A stretch of DNA of 64,000 bases, taken from positions 1,560,203 through 1,624,202 of the forward strand of contig JBJBEO010000001.1 in NCBI GenBank assembly GCA_047284725.1, written 5' to 3'. The stretch is from Synechococcus sp. (lineage in GTDB: Bacteria > Cyanobacteriota > Cyanobacteriia > PCC-6307 > Cyanobiaceae). The position numbers and the translations under genes were made by a program. Shown here one piece after another: positions 30,401-41,349 of the stretch. How positions within the stretch are numbered: the first letter of the stretch is position 1; every line of letters begins with the position of its first letter. The notes under the pieces are model-generated. The model ran no database searches. It was not told the origin of the DNA and saw only the letters and a program-made list of their open reading frames with translations.

Positions 30401-32021
30401 AACGCAGACCACCACCATCGATCACCAGCTGGTGTTACCCGATGGCATCGTCCTCATCAGCAGGTTCTGGTTGCCTGCCGGACCAGGCCCTTGGCCGACC
30501 CTGCTGATGCGCCAGCCCTATGGACGTGCCATCGCCTCCACGGTCACGGCTGTTCACCCCCAGTGGTGGGCAAGGCAGGGATTTCTGGTGGTCGTGCAGG
30601 ACGTTCGGGGCCAAGGGGGGTCAGGAGGCGTTTTCAAGGGGTTCTCCCAGGAAGCGAAAGACACCGGAGCCACCCTGGAATGGCTGCGCTCACGGCCGGA
30701 ATGCAACGGCCGCATCGGCCTCTATGGCTTCTCCTACCAGGGTTTTACCCAGCTGGTCGCAGCTCCGGGCACGTCTCCCCCCGACTGCCTGGCACCAGCC
30801 ATGACGGGTTTACACGAACGGGATCACTGGAGCTGTGAAGGTGGTGCGCATTGGTGGCACCTCAGCCTGGGATGGGGATTACAACTGGCGGCGCAGCAGG
30901 CGCGACGGCGTGGAGATTCCTCCGCCTGGGAGGAGATTCGACGTTGCCTCGAAGAGCAGCGGTACTGCCGTGATGGCCTGGCGTTACTGCGCCGCCATGA
31001 TCCCCACAGCATGGTGCTGAATTGGCTGGAACAAGACCCTGAGGAGAGCTCAGCCTGGGTCTGTCATGAGCCCGCAGACGACTGGTTCAGGCAACCGATG
31101 CTTCTGATTGGGGGCTGGTGGGATCCCCATCTGCGCGGAATCCTCGATCTTCATCAACGCAGTCTTGCGGCAGGGGGACAACCTGAGATGCATGTTGGTC
31201 CTGCGACCCACTTGAACTGGTGGCCGGAAGCTCAGCAGCTGCAGCTGACGTTTTTCAGACGCCATCTCTGCAGAGACTCCCCCCCCTCATCCGATCCAAT
31301 CCACACACCAGCGGGATCAGGCGTCATGGTGTGGGATCAACGCCTGGAGACGTGGACCAGCACTGATCCCCATTTCAGCGATGACCAGCGATGGGTGCTG
31401 TCGGGCAGCCCCCTCGCCTGCTTCGATCCCGAGAGTGGCCGACTCTCTCCCTTCAATGGTTGTTCGGGTCCTGAACAGAGCATCGACGAAGTCGTGATCG
31501 TGCATGACCCATGGCGTCCAGCGCCTGCCGTTGGAGGGCATCTCAGTCCATCCCCGGGCCCGTGCGACCGTGCAGCAGTCGATGCTCGCAGTGATGTCGC
31601 CACCTTCACCAGTGACGTTCTGAGCGAAGCCCTTTTGCTGCGGGGGATTCCCTGCCTCACCCTCTCCGCCCACGCCGATCAGCCCGGCTTCGACTTATGC
31701 GTGGCTCTGTCGGTGTGTCGATCAGCTACCAACACCGTGCAGCAGTTGAGCACCGGTGTGCTGCGCATTCTTGGCGATCACGCCCTGGAAAGCATCGGGC
31801 GGCAGGTGCGCCTGCAAGCGCTCGAAGCGCATCTGCAGGCAGGTGATCGACTCCGCCTGTCGATCGCCGCCGCCTGCTGGCCGGCGATCGCGATCAACGC
31901 AGGCGACCCCGACATTCCTCCAGGACCTCCCATCAGCGCTTGCAGGGTGACCACCCTTCACCTGTCGATGCAGCAAGCCGTACTCGGTTTCGAGCCCCTG
32001 ATCACCGCGCCGGATCCCTGA
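30387..32021 (+). CDS. CocE/NonD family hydrolase
   Basis: Motifs LMRQPYG, QDVRGQGGSGG, YGFSYQG and GGWWD. Confidence 0.9.
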   Translation: MRSSKTQTTTIDHQLVLPDGIVLISRFWLPAGPGPWPTLLMRQPYGRAIASTVTAVHPQWWARQGFLVVVQDVRGQGGSGGVFKGFSQEAKDTGATLEWLRSRPECNGRIGLYGFSYQGFTQLVAAPGTSPPDCLAPAMTGLHERDHWSCEGGAHWWHLSLGWGLQLAAQQARRRGDSSAWEEIRRCLEEQRYCRDGLALLRRHDPHSMVLNWLEQDPEESSAWVCHEPADDWFRQPMLLIGGWWDPHLRGILDLHQRSLAAGGQPEMHVGPATHLNWWPEAQQLQLTFFRRHLCRDSPPSSDPIHTPAGSGVMVWDQRLETWTSTDPHFSDDQRWVLSGSPLACFDPESGRLSPFNGCSGPEQSIDEVVIVHDPWRPAPAVGGHLSPSPGPCDRAAVDARSDVATFTSDVLSEALLLRGIPCLTLSAHADQPGFDLCVALSVCRSATNTVQQLSTGVLRILGDHALESIGRQVRLQALEAHLQAGDRLRLSIAAACWPAIAINAGDPDIPPGPPISACRVTTLHLSMQQAVLGFEPLITAPDP

Positions 32022-32061
32022 AGCTCCGTCAAACTGGCGCCATCCATTAACGCCTTCCGCC

Positions 32062-32820
32062 GTGAAGACCACTGCCTGCATCCTTGCTCTTGCCCTCGGC
32101 ACTCCCCTGATGGCATCGATGCCGGCCACCCGAGCCGACACCGTCTCAACGGTTGGGGGCAACGTCACCCATGCTGCGACCACACCCACCACCACCCTTG
32201 GTGCTGTCGCCGCGACACGGGCAGCACAGGAGTTGCTCGAAGCCATCACCAGCAAAAACGCCGCAGCGCTGTACGACGGTCTCTCCGCGCCGTTGCGCAG
32301 CTCCACCAGCGTTGCGGCCGTGGAGGCACGTCTGAGCAAAAGCCCGGTCCTGAGCGGCTTCCGCATCAATTCCATCGCCCTGGGCGTCGACGACACCACC
32401 GTGGAAGCCGTGGCCTTGCTCGATGAAGGCAAACGGGAAGCACCCTTGCTGCTGGTGCTCGATGACGACGGCAAACTTGTGGCCTGGAAATGGGTTGGCC
32501 AAACCCTGCCCATCGAGCAGAGCGCCATCAATTTCGTGCGCGATCTTCAGGCCAAGCGCTGGGTTGCCGCCCGCTACTACCTCGATCTCGACTTCCAGAA
32601 AGAGATCAGCCCCCAGGATCTCGAGCGCAAGTGGAGCAAGCTGGTTCGCGTCCTTGGCGGCATGAAGGACATTAAAACCGCACTGGTCGCCAATGAAGGT
32701 GGGGAGCAGCAATTGGTGCTCGTCACCATCGCGTTCGGCAAGATCACCGACAACCTGTTTGTGATCTTCAACCGCGAAGGCCGCATCATCAACGTTGATT
32801 TCTCACCCGATCTGGTGTGA
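32062..32820 (+). CDS. Exported DUF3887-like protein
   Basis: Signal peptide and two NTF2-like repeats (ISPQDLERKWSKL...LFVIFNREGRI). Confidence 0.7.
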   Translation: MKTTACILALALGTPLMASMPATRADTVSTVGGNVTHAATTPTTTLGAVAATRAAQELLEAITSKNAAALYDGLSAPLRSSTSVAAVEARLSKSPVLSGFRINSIALGVDDTTVEAVALLDEGKREAPLLLVLDDDGKLVAWKWVGQTLPIEQSAINFVRDLQAKRWVAARYYLDLDFQKEISPQDLERKWSKLVRVLGGMKDIKTALVANEGGEQQLVLVTIAFGKITDNLFVIFNREGRIINVDFSPDLV

Positions 32821-32910
32821 TCGGCGACGGTGTTGGGCGTCAAGGGGGAAATCGATCACTGGAACAGGGGATTTTCCGCTTAAGCTCCCGCCCAACACTG
32901 CAATTGGGTC

Positions 32911-35220
32911 ATGGTTGCCGCGGTCCTCGACTGGATGATTGAGGATGGCCATCGCCTTGCTGAATGCCGTCACGACCATCCGTACTCCGTGCTCGGTCCT
33001 CAGCAGGTTGATGGCATCTGGACCGTGCGTGCCTGGATGCCTGAGGCCCAGACCGTCAACGTTGTTGTGAATGGGGAGGTGATCAGCACTTCCACCCCTC
33101 ACCACCCGTGGATCTTTGAGGCTCAGGTGAGCCAAGATCCCGGCAACGCCTACCTCCTGCAGGTGAGCCGTGGCGGCATCGATCATGAACAACACGATCC
33201 TTGGGCCTTTCGAGGGGAGTGGATGGGCGAGATGGATCGCCATCTTTTCGCTGAAGGCAACCACCATCACATCTGGCGCAGGATGGGCGCCCACCTCACC
33301 TGCGTCGATGGTGTTGAGGGTGTGATGTTCTGTCTTTGGGCACCCCATGCACGCAGTGTCAGCGTGATTGGGGATCTCAACTCATGGGATGGACGCCATC
33401 ACCCCATGCAGCTGCGTACCGGAGGAATCTGGGAATTGTTCATTCCAGGCCTCAAGGCGGGCGCGCTCTACAAATACGAGATTCGCACGCAAGAGGGGCA
33501 CTGTTACCAGAAGGCTGACCCCTACGGCTTCCAGCATGAAGTGCGTCCTGACACCAGTTCACTGGTGGCGCGCATGGACGGCTATCAGTGGACCGACGCC
33601 TCCTGGATGCAGGTCCGGGACAGCCGCAACGCCCTCGAGCAACCCATCTCGGTGTACGAGATGCACCTGGGTAGCTGGATCCACGCGGCTGCCGACCAGC
33701 CTTTCATCGAGGCCGATGGCTCGGCACGCCCCCCCGTGCCAGCTGCTGACCTCAAGCCAGGAGCACGCTTCCTCACCTATCCGGAACTCGCTGATCGGGT
33801 GATCCCCTATGTGAAAGCAAGAGGATTCACCCATATCGAGTTGATGCCGATCACCGAGCATCCCTTTGATGGATCCTGGGGCTATCAAGTCACGGGCTGG
33901 TACGCCCCCACCAGCCGTTTCGGGAGCCCAGACGAATTCAGGGGCTTTGTTGATCGATGCCATGCCGAAGGTCTCGGTGTGATCATCGACTGGGTGCCCG
34001 GCCATTTCCCTAAAGACAGTCACGGCCTTGCCTTTTTTGATGGCACGCACCTCTACGAACATTCCGACCCGCGCATTGGGGAACATAAGGAATGGGGGAC
34101 GCTGATCTTCAACTACAGCCGCAACGAAGTGCGCAACTTCCTTGTGGCCAATCTGGTGTTCTGGTTCGAACAGTTTCACATCGATGGCATCCGCGTGGAT
34201 GCCGTGGCCTCGATGCTCTATCGCGACTATTTACGTCCCGATGGCGAGTGGCTCCCCAACGAACACGGCGGCAGGGAAAACACCGAAGCGGTTCGTTTCT
34301 TGCAACAGGCCAACCACGTGTTGTTCCAGCACTTCCCAGGCGCTCTTTCCATTGCGGAGGAATCCACCACCTGGCCAATGGTCACCCAGCCCACCGCGAT
34401 TGGCGGCCTTGGCTTCAACCTCAAATGGAATATGGGTTGGATGCACGACATGCTCGATTATTTCGAGCTGGATCCGTGGTTCCGCCAATTCCACCAAAAC
34501 AACATCACCTTCTCAATCTGGTACACCTACACAGAGAATTTCATGCTGGCGCTCAGCCATGATGAAGTTGTGCATGGCAAGAGTCATCTCCTGCACAAAA
34601 TGCCTGGTGATGATTGGCAGAAGTACGCCAACACCAGAGCTCTTCTTGCCTATATGTGGACCCACCCAGGTAAGAAAACGATCTTTATGGGCATGGAATT
34701 CGGCCAACGGTCCGAATGGAATGTATGGGGAGATCTGCAGTGGGATCTTCTGCAGTACGAACCGCACCAGGGCGTGCAACGACTCGTTGACGATCTCAAT
34801 GTGCTCTACAAGTCGGAACCAGCCCTGTGGCGCGATGACTTCGACCAATTTGGATTCCAGTGGATCGATTGCAACGACAATCGGCACTCGGTGATCAGCT
34901 TCATGCGCCGCGAAAGCGCAGGCGGCAGCTGGTTGGTGGTGGTCGCCAACTTCACCCCTCAGAGCCATGCCCACTACCGCGTGGGTGTTCCTCTGGCTGG
35001 CTTCTATGAAGAAATCTTCAACAGCGATGCCGAGCGCTATGGCGGCAGCAATCTCGGCAACATGGGTGGTAAGCCCACGGATGAATGGGGGATCCATGGC
35101 TACGACAACTCGCTCGACCTCTGTCTCCCTCCCCTGAGCCTGATGGTGTTCAAGCACAGTCCGAAGCGCAGCCTCCCCATCTCAGCGATCAATGCCGAGG
35201 CCACCAACAACAGCGTGTGA
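32911..35220 (+). CDS. glgB: 1,4-alpha-glucan branching enzyme
   Basis: Motifs [35 protein letters not shown] and [10 protein letters not shown]. Confidence 0.97.
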   Translation: MVAAVLDWMIEDGHRLAECRHDHPYSVLGPQQVDGIWTVRAWMPEAQTVNVVVNGEVISTSTPHHPWIFEAQVSQDPGNAYLLQVSRGGIDHEQHDPWAFRGEWMGEMDRHLFAEGNHHHIWRRMGAHLTCVDGVEGVMFCLWAPHARSVSVIGDLNSWDGRHHPMQLRTGGIWELFIPGLKAGALYKYEIRTQEGHCYQKADPYGFQHEVRPDTSSLVARMDGYQWTDASWMQVRDSRNALEQPISVYEMHLGSWIHAAADQPFIEADGSARPPVPAADLKPGARFLTYPELADRVIPYVKARGFTHIELMPITEHPFDGSWGYQVTGWYAPTSRFGSPDEFRGFVDRCHAEGLGVIIDWVPGHFPKDSHGLAFFDGTHLYEHSDPRIGEHKEWGTLIFNYSRNEVRNFLVANLVFWFEQFHIDGIRVDAVASMLYRDYLRPDGEWLPNEHGGRENTEAVRFLQQANHVLFQHFPGALSIAEESTTWPMVTQPTAIGGLGFNLKWNMGWMHDMLDYFELDPWFRQFHQNNITFSIWYTYTENFMLALSHDEVVHGKSHLLHKMPGDDWQKYANTRALLAYMWTHPGKKTIFMGMEFGQRSEWNVWGDLQWDLLQYEPHQGVQRLVDDLNVLYKSEPALWRDDFDQFGFQWIDCNDNRHSVISFMRRESAGGSWLVVVANFTPQSHAHYRVGVPLAGFYEEIFNSDAERYGGSNLGNMGGKPTDEWGIHGYDNSLDLCLPPLSLMVFKHSPKRSLPISAINAEATNNSV

Positions 35221-35301
35221 CGAAGCGGTTGCCATCTGCGAGAGATCGCTCTAACAGCCTGGTTCCTTCAGTTAGGTTTCCGGTTTGCACTCCACTTCTC
35301 G

Positions 35302-36360
35302 ATGAGCGACTCCCTGCCCCTGCTGCTGCGTGCCGCCCGCGGAGAGGCTGTAGAGCGTCCTCCGGTGTGGATGATGCGTCAGGCCGGCCGATACATGAAG
35401 ATCTATCGGGACCTGCGGGATAAGCATCCCAGCTTCAGGGAGCGCTCCGAGAACCCTGATCTCTCCTACGAGATCTCGATGCAGCCCTTTCACGCCTTCA
35501 AGCCTGATGGCGTGATTCTGTTCTCCGACATCCTCACGCCCCTGCCGGGGATGGGGATCGATTTTGACATCATCGAGAGCAAAGGCCCTCAGATCGGTGA
35601 TCCGATCCGCTCTATGGCCCAGGTGGATGCCCTCCGCCCCCTCAACCCCACTGAATCGATGCCCTTTGTGGGTGAAGTGCTGGGCCGACTTCGCCAGAGC
35701 GTGGGCAACGAAGCTGCGGTTCTGGGCTTTGTGGGTGCCCCATGGACCCTGGCCGCGTATGTAGTGGAAGGGAAGAGCAGCAAAAACTACGCGGTGATCA
35801 AGGCGATGGCCTTCCGCGAACCCGATATTCTCCACAAACTCCTCGACCACTTCGCCGAGTCGATTGCCAATTATCTCAGGTATCAGATTGATTCCGGAGC
35901 CCAGGTGGTGCAGATGTTCGATTCCTGGGCAGGTCAGCTCAGCCCTGCCGATTACGACACTTTCGCAGCGCCTTACCAGAAGAAAGTGGTCGATCTGGTG
36001 AAGCAGACCCATCCAGACACCCCGTTCATCCTCTACATCTCTGGCAGCGCCGGCGTGATCGAGCGGATGGCGGCCACCGGAGTTGACATTGTGTCGCTGG
36101 ACTGGACCGTTGACATGGCGGAAGCTCTGGCACGCCTGCCGAAAGACATCGGTGTGCAGGGAAACGTTGATCCCGGCCTGCTGTTCGGCTCCCCAGAAGC
36201 CATTGAAGCCCGTATCGACGACTGCGTGCGCAAAGCTCGCGGACGCAAGCACATCCTCAACCTCGGCCACGGCATCCTTCCCGGCACGCCCGAGGAAAAT
36301 GGTGCTGCTTTCTTCCGCTCGGGCAAGAGTGTGATGGAGCGCCTCGGCGCCCTGGCCTGA
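35302..36360 (+). CDS. hemE: Uroporphyrinogen decarboxylase
   Basis: Motifs [16 protein letters not shown] and NLGHG. Confidence 0.97.
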   Translation: MSDSLPLLLRAARGEAVERPPVWMMRQAGRYMKIYRDLRDKHPSFRERSENPDLSYEISMQPFHAFKPDGVILFSDILTPLPGMGIDFDIIESKGPQIGDPIRSMAQVDALRPLNPTESMPFVGEVLGRLRQSVGNEAAVLGFVGAPWTLAAYVVEGKSSKNYAVIKAMAFREPDILHKLLDHFAESIANYLRYQIDSGAQVVQMFDSWAGQLSPADYDTFAAPYQKKVVDLVKQTHPDTPFILYISGSAGVIERMAATGVDIVSLDWTVDMAEALARLPKDIGVQGNVDPGLLFGSPEAIEARIDDCVRKARGRKHILNLGHGILPGTPEENGAAFFRSGKSVMERLGALA

Positions 36361-36384
36361 TCCACAACTCTCCCTAAGCCTCCT

Positions 36385-37386
36385 TTGACCGACGCACCCG
36401 CACGGATCCTGATCACCGGCGCCAGTGGGTGCGTTGGTCAGTACACAGCAGCCTGGTTGCTGGAACACTCCAACGCAGAACTTCTTCTCTGGCTGAGGGA
36501 TCCGAGCAAACTCACCGCCATTGCCCATGACCACCCCCGCATCGCGTTGCTGGTGGGTGATCTACGCGAGAGCGAATGGTTTTCAGCCGAGCTGAGCACC
36601 GTGACCAGGGTGATTCACACCGCCACTGCATGGGGCGATCCCGAACGGGCCCATCAAGTGAACGTGGTAGCGGTGAAGCGGATGTTGAGCTTGCTCGATC
36701 CCGACAAACTCCAACAGGTGGTGTATTTCTCCACCGCCAGCATTCTTGACCGTCATCTTCAACCGCTGCCGGAGGCCCTGGACTACGGCACGGAATACAT
36801 CCAAACCAAAGCCCAGTGTCTGCGTGATCTTGAGCAGCACCCGCTCGCCGAGAAAATCGTGGCGGTGTTTCCAACGCTTGTGTTCGGAGGCCGGATCGAT
36901 GGCAGCAGCTCCTTCCCCACCAGCTACCTCACCGAAGGGTTGGCGGAGGCCAGCAAATGGCTTTGGCTGGCGCGTTTCCTGCGGGCTGATGCCAGTTTCC
37001 ACTTCATACATGCCGCAGACATCGCCGCCATTTGCGGTGCATTGGCCACCCGACCTCACCAGCAGAACCGGACCCCGGGTCAAGGGGCGGTGCGCCGCAT
37101 CGTGATGGGCCAAAAAGCCATCAGCGTGAATGAAACAGTGGCCACCCTCTGCCGCTGGCGCGGCGTAGCCCGCACCCCTGGGATTCCTCTCTGGGCCTGG
37201 CTGATCGAAGGGCTGATCAGGATTCTCCCCATTGAAGTGAATGCATGGGACCGCTTCAGCATCCGCCAACGTCACTTCATTCATCATCCAGTCACCCAAC
37301 CCGAAGCCTTCGGGATGACAAGCCATGGCCCAAATCTTGAAGCTGTGCTTCAGGACTCAGGCCTGCCCCGACGAGGCAAGGTGTGA
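36385..37386 (+). CDS. NAD-dependent epimerase/dehydratase family protein
   Basis: ITGASGCVG, YFSTAS and YIQTK. Confidence 0.88.
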   Translation: MTDAPARILITGASGCVGQYTAAWLLEHSNAELLLWLRDPSKLTAIAHDHPRIALLVGDLRESEWFSAELSTVTRVIHTATAWGDPERAHQVNVVAVKRMLSLLDPDKLQQVVYFSTASILDRHLQPLPEALDYGTEYIQTKAQCLRDLEQHPLAEKIVAVFPTLVFGGRIDGSSSFPTSYLTEGLAEASKWLWLARFLRADASFHFIHAADIAAICGALATRPHQQNRTPGQGAVRRIVMGQKAISVNETVATLCRWRGVARTPGIPLWAWLIEGLIRILPIEVNAWDRFSIRQRHFIHHPVTQPEAFGMTSHGPNLEAVLQDSGLPRRGKV

Positions 37387-37417
37387 GTGGCGTTAGAATC
37401 GAGTCAGTGTTACCGAC

Positions 37418-37780
37418 GTGATGATCAACCGTCTGCGCTCCTTTCTGTCCGCCTGCATCGCCCTTGTTTTGGTGATCGGCATGGGCGTGGCATCTGCCAA
37501 CGCCGCCACCGTCGAAGTGAAGCTTGGCTCTGATTCCGGCATGCTGGCTTTCGAGCCCAGCACCGTGAATATCAAAGCTGGCGACACCGTCAAGTTTGTC
37601 AACAACAAGATGGCTCCTCACAACGCCGTCTTTGATGGCCACGATGAGCTGAGCCACTCTGACCTTGCCTTTGCCCCTGGTGAATCCTGGGAAGAGACCT
37701 TTAGCACCGCTGGCACCTACGACTACTACTGCGAGCCCCATCGTGGCGCTGGCATGGTAGGCAAAGTGATTGTTGAGTGA
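37418..37780 (+). CDS. petE: Plastocyanin
   Basis: Signal peptide, PHN and [11 protein letters not shown] copper ligands. Confidence 0.97.
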   Translation: MMINRLRSFLSACIALVLVIGMGVASANAATVEVKLGSDSGMLAFEPSTVNIKAGDTVKFVNNKMAPHNAVFDGHDELSHSDLAFAPGESWEETFSTAGTYDYYCEPHRGAGMVGKVIVE

Positions 37781-37844
37781 TTCTGAATCAGGCAACAACC
37801 CTGAATCGGATCCAATCTCTCTCAATTTTGATCTGAACCCTGAC

Positions 37845-37883
37845 GAAGCCCCCTGTGAGGATGAACTCCTCACAGGGGGCTTC
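37845..37883 (+). terminator. 17-bp perfect inverted repeat after petE (terminator or stabiliser)
   Basis: gaagccccctgtgagga-tgaac-tcctcacagggggcttc followed by actttgttg. Confidence 0.75.
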
Positions 37884-37935
37884 ACTTTGTTGTCAATCTA
37901 GATATGGTTATTCATCGAAGGACTTCGATCTCACC

Positions 37936-38295
37936 ATGCCTCGATCAGCATCGCTTCTGCCAATGATTCTTGCGATGCTGATCGGCCTGCTTGGGATTCT
38001 CCCCGTTGAGGCAGCCGAACCTGACCTCAGCAACGGCGCACAGATCTTCTCGGCCAACTGTGCGGCTTGCCATATGGGAGGAGGGAATGTTCTCAGCGCC
38101 ACACGCACGCTGAGCCAATCCGATCTGCAAGCCCATCTCAATTCCTACAGCCAAGACCATCTCGAAGCCATCGAGCAGCAAATCGAAACGGGCAAAAATG
38201 CCATGCCTTCCTACGAAGGAAAGTTGACGGACGCCGACATCCTCGATGTCGCTGCCTACGTTGAAGCGAGGGCAGAACAAGGTTGGCAACGATGA
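37936..38295 (+). CDS. petJ: Cytochrome c6 family protein
   Basis: Signal peptide, FSANCAACH and QQIETGKNAMP. Confidence 0.88.
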   Translation: MPRSASLLPMILAMLIGLLGILPVEAAEPDLSNGAQIFSANCAACHMGGGNVLSATRTLSQSDLQAHLNSYSQDHLEAIEQQIETGKNAMPSYEGKLTDADILDVAAYVEARAEQGWQR

Positions 38296-38510
38296 GCCGT
38301 GAAGGCCTCAAAGATTTTGTGCATGCGGTTGAACACAGCGCCGCCCTACGCAGGCAAGTCTTGCAAGCCAATGTTCCTCATCATTTAGTCAACCTCGCCA
38401 CGGCCCATGGATTTGCTGTCAGCGAGCAAGATCTCAACGACGACCTGATCTGTACAGAGCTTCAATCGTGGTTTGATCGCAGTTGGATCCAACCCTCCCA
38501 TCAATCTTGA
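38292..38510 (+). CDS. Nif11-like domain protein
   Basis: MSREGLKDFVHAVEHSAALRRQV...LVNLATAHGFAVSEQDL. ATGA overlap with petJ. Confidence 0.75.
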   Translation: MSREGLKDFVHAVEHSAALRRQVLQANVPHHLVNLATAHGFAVSEQDLNDDLICTELQSWFDRSWIQPSHQS

Positions 38511-38561
38511 CTGGGCATGGACTGTTCACCAAGACTCCTGACTGCATGGCCAACCGCATCA

Positions 38562-39050
38562 TCATTCGTTAGTGACCGTTTGCTGGAGGGCCGAAGGTTG
38601 CAGACCACCGCAGGCAAGACAGCCGCCATTGATTCGGTAGGGAGCCAGATGATTCCTCAGGCATCGAGTGCCTCGGAAAAACAGCACCTTCCCCAACTCG
38701 CGGGCATGGGCGTCCGTGAGGGGCAACTGCAACCAGCGGTCTGGCACCAGGCCCTGGAGTGAAGCCCGCCGCGCTTCAGCATTGAGACGACGCTTCCTTT
38801 CCTCACGATCGTTGCGTGCATACACCGCCTCCACTTGCAGTTCCTTGGAACAGCTCAGACAGGCAATGATCATTGGTTTCTTCCGGGACGTGTTGTGGGA
38901 GAGCTTGTCGCTCGAGACTTCCCTTTCTGCTCCACAACTGCAACGGCACCACCAATACACGTTGCCGCTTTTGGTGCGCCGCTCCGAGACCCTCTCCACC
39001 GTGAGTTGGCCATACACCTCACCAATCCGATTACGCGGTTTTGATGGCAT
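38562..39050 (-). CDS. Cys-rich protein with phage homing-endonuclease-like Zn modules
   Basis: Motifs GEVYGQLTV...WWCRCSCG, CLSC and FFRGTRCLRNH...GGCLAC. Confidence 0.7.
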   Translation of the reverse strand: MPSKPRNRIGEVYGQLTVERVSERRTKSGNVYWWCRCSCGAEREVSSDKLSHNTSRKKPMIIACLSCSKELQVEAVYARNDREERKRRLNAEARRASLQGLVPDRWLQLPLTDAHARELGKVLFFRGTRCLRNHLAPYRINGGCLACGGLQPSALQQTVTNE

Positions 39051-39165
39051 CCCGTCTCCCAAGCGGATACGTGTGCATGATCACCCAGCCTGGGCCGCAA
39101 AGACAGACACCCAACACATTGCGTGCAGCAAAGGGAGATGATGGCACTGAGGTTTCTCCCGTTCC

Positions 39166-39561
39166 ATGGCTGTCGTGACTCTGCTCAGTGACTTTGTGGA
39201 TGGCACATGCATGGCCCTCAGCGAAGACACCGAAGCCGAGACCCTCAACGTTTACATGACCACCTCCCCCGGCCAACTCTGGGCTGGAGTCCAGCAAAGA
39301 CGATTGGCGCGACAGCTCACGCGCGAACGTCGCGGCCCAGGAACCCTGTATTTCGCCCCCACTGAAGCAGCTCAGGCTTGCGTCACCGCCTATCTGCAAA
39401 GCGAAACCGGTTCGCCGCAGGAGCGCGACTTATTCGAAGCGATGAATTCAGCGGGGGTTGAGATGGCCCCGCATGTGGGCCAGGCTTGCGAACGGGAGGT
39501 TCTCATCCGCGGTCAACACCGAAAACTCACCCGACAGGCCCAAGCCAAGGGATTTGGCTGA
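39166..39561 (+). CDS. Hypothetical protein
   Basis: 131-aa ORF with natural composition and genome-typical codon use. Confidence 0.6.
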   Translation: MAVVTLLSDFVDGTCMALSEDTEAETLNVYMTTSPGQLWAGVQQRRLARQLTRERRGPGTLYFAPTEAAQACVTAYLQSETGSPQERDLFEAMNSAGVEMAPHVGQACEREVLIRGQHRKLTRQAQAKGFG

Positions 39562-39667
39562 GCAGGCTGCCCGCAGCCACCAGACAGCCCATCCAGTATG
39601 GGGGAGGCACCAAGACCAGAACCGTGAAGAGACACAATCGCCCCCTTGCTCAGAATCCAGGCAAGCC

Positions 39668-39838
39668 TCAGAGCCCGGGATCGCGGACACCACGCACTTT
39701 CTGCTGAAAGCCATCACGACGCTCCTCCAAGGTGTCAAACCCAAAACGCTGCGGATAGAACTTGACATAACCAGTCGCCAACCCTGCCACGAGCAGCCCG
39801 ATGATGGCAAAAGGCAGCAGGGTCAAAAACTTCTGCAT
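39668..39838 (-). CDS. Small single-pass membrane protein
   Basis: MQKFLTLLPFAIIGLLVAGLATGYVKFYPQRFG... Confidence 0.5.
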   Translation of the reverse strand: MQKFLTLLPFAIIGLLVAGLATGYVKFYPQRFGFDTLEERRDGFQQKVRGVRDPGL

Positions 39839-39892
39839 CAGCACGGCCTCTTCCCCTGGCATAGCAAGATCTGATCCAAACGCTGACTCTCC

Positions 39893-39982
39893 ATGCTGCT
39901 TCTCACTGTGACCGCCGGTCTGATCACTGTGCTATGGATCACCCAAGTGTTGGTCCGACGTCGCATGGATGATGGCCAGTAA
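39893..39982 (+). CDS. Candidate 29-aa membrane peptide
   Basis: Hand translation MLLLTVTAGLITVLWITQVLVRRRMDDGQ*. Confidence 0.3.
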   Translation: MLLLTVTAGLITVLWITQVLVRRRMDDGQ

Positions 39983-40817
39983 CGGGCGAAGCCACGCCAC
40001 CAACGCGGATCACGCCCATTCCTGAGAACGCTCTCGCTTATGTGAACGCGACGACATGATCCTCTGGAGGACAACCTGCATCCTTCTTCCAAGATGGTCT
40101 GGTTGTGGCCTTCTGATCCCTGAGTGAGACCAGCGGGTGGTTGAGGCCTTGGAGGCAGACAAGACAAGACTTGTCATTGACGTCAGACAACAAACCTTGC
40201 TTCAAGGACGGTGACCCCTGAAGATGCGCAAAGAATTGCAGCCGGGAAACCCAATCTCTTCCTCATTCGGGAACTTCTGAACCCAAGCAGCGCACCAAAG
40301 CACTTTGAAGGTCAGCACACACGATGGGGACCTCTGACGCTGAGCTGCTGCACGAAGCGACAGCAGCGAGATTCCTCTGCATTGCGCTCATTGCGTTCCG
40401 TGCGTCCCTCTACAACACAGAACTAGCGAAGTTAATCAGACGCGATACAAAGTTGCTAGAGGCACCTTGAATCAATGCCCATCAATACAGCGCATGGACA
40501 GCCACTGGGCGAATGGATTGATGATGGGCAGCACAAACCCTTTCAAGCCATCGCCTGCGCACTACAAATTCTGAGCTACGACGAGTCGCAAATGATGGAC
40601 AATGACACCACAAGACGTGAGGAGAGGGGAGCGCTGTTCTACGACTGCTGAGTCTCTGAAACGCCTGGGATGACTCCTTCATCAGCACGCTGTTTCCAGC
40701 CTTGTGATGAAAGCTGTCGACCAAACAACTGAAGGATCCAATCCCAATCAGAATCTGATGGTTTCTGGCATCACCCATCAAGAAAGCACAATCTGAGGAG
40801 ACCATCGCTTAGGGGCC

Positions 40818-41030
40818 ATGTTCATCATCGAGAGCCTTAACGATTCCTCCAGCTGCAGAGAAGAGTGGGTCCCTGAAATTCAGTGCAAAACAGAATTCAA
40901 AGCGTTTTTACAGGCACGTACCAAGTGCATGGCGACTGGCAAAACCTACCGAGTCTTTGACAGCCGCGAGATGGAAGTGATCAGCCTGATCACACTGGAT
41001 CGCTGCAAGCGACATTTTGGGCTTGATTAA
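40818..41030 (+). CDS. Small hypothetical protein
   Basis: agggg before the ATG. MFIIES...WVPEIQCKTEFKAFLQARTKC. Confidence 0.6.
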   Translation: MFIIESLNDSSSCREEWVPEIQCKTEFKAFLQARTKCMATGKTYRVFDSREMEVISLITLDRCKRHFGLD

Positions 41031-41115
41031 GTGGTGGTGGAGGCCTGGTAAGGGCCTACGCCTTAAAACACTGGTTGAGAAGGAATCGCAAGCGTCCCAG
41101 CTTTCTCCTGACGCC

Positions 41116-41349
41116 TCAATGGGACTGACGCACTGCTGTCAGCACGGCGAGATAAAGCTCCTCGTCTACTTCCCGAATGTCGTACTCGGTGGGCATGGCG
41201 CCATGGTGATGCTCGTGAACAACGGTCCAGCACATCCGCTCCAAATCGTTCGGCACGGCGCCGTAGAGCGCCCTGACTCTGGCGACAAGCGTGTTGACCA
41301 ACACGGGATCCAAGCCACTGTCTCCAACCATCACCGCCGATCGGTTCAC
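41116..41349 (-). CDS. Small hypothetical protein
   Basis: [23 protein letters not shown]. Divergent from clpB. Confidence 0.65.
   Translation of the reverse strand: MNRSAVMVGDSGLDPVLVNTLVARVRALYGAVPNDLERMCWTVVHEHHHGAMPTEYDIREVDEELYLAVLTAVRQSH

Noticed and set aside
38292..38510. Prochlorosin/lanthipeptide precursor or RiPP cluster
   Set aside because: No GG/GA cleavage motif, no Cys/Ser/Thr-rich core, and no LanM or peptidase-ABC transporter in the window.
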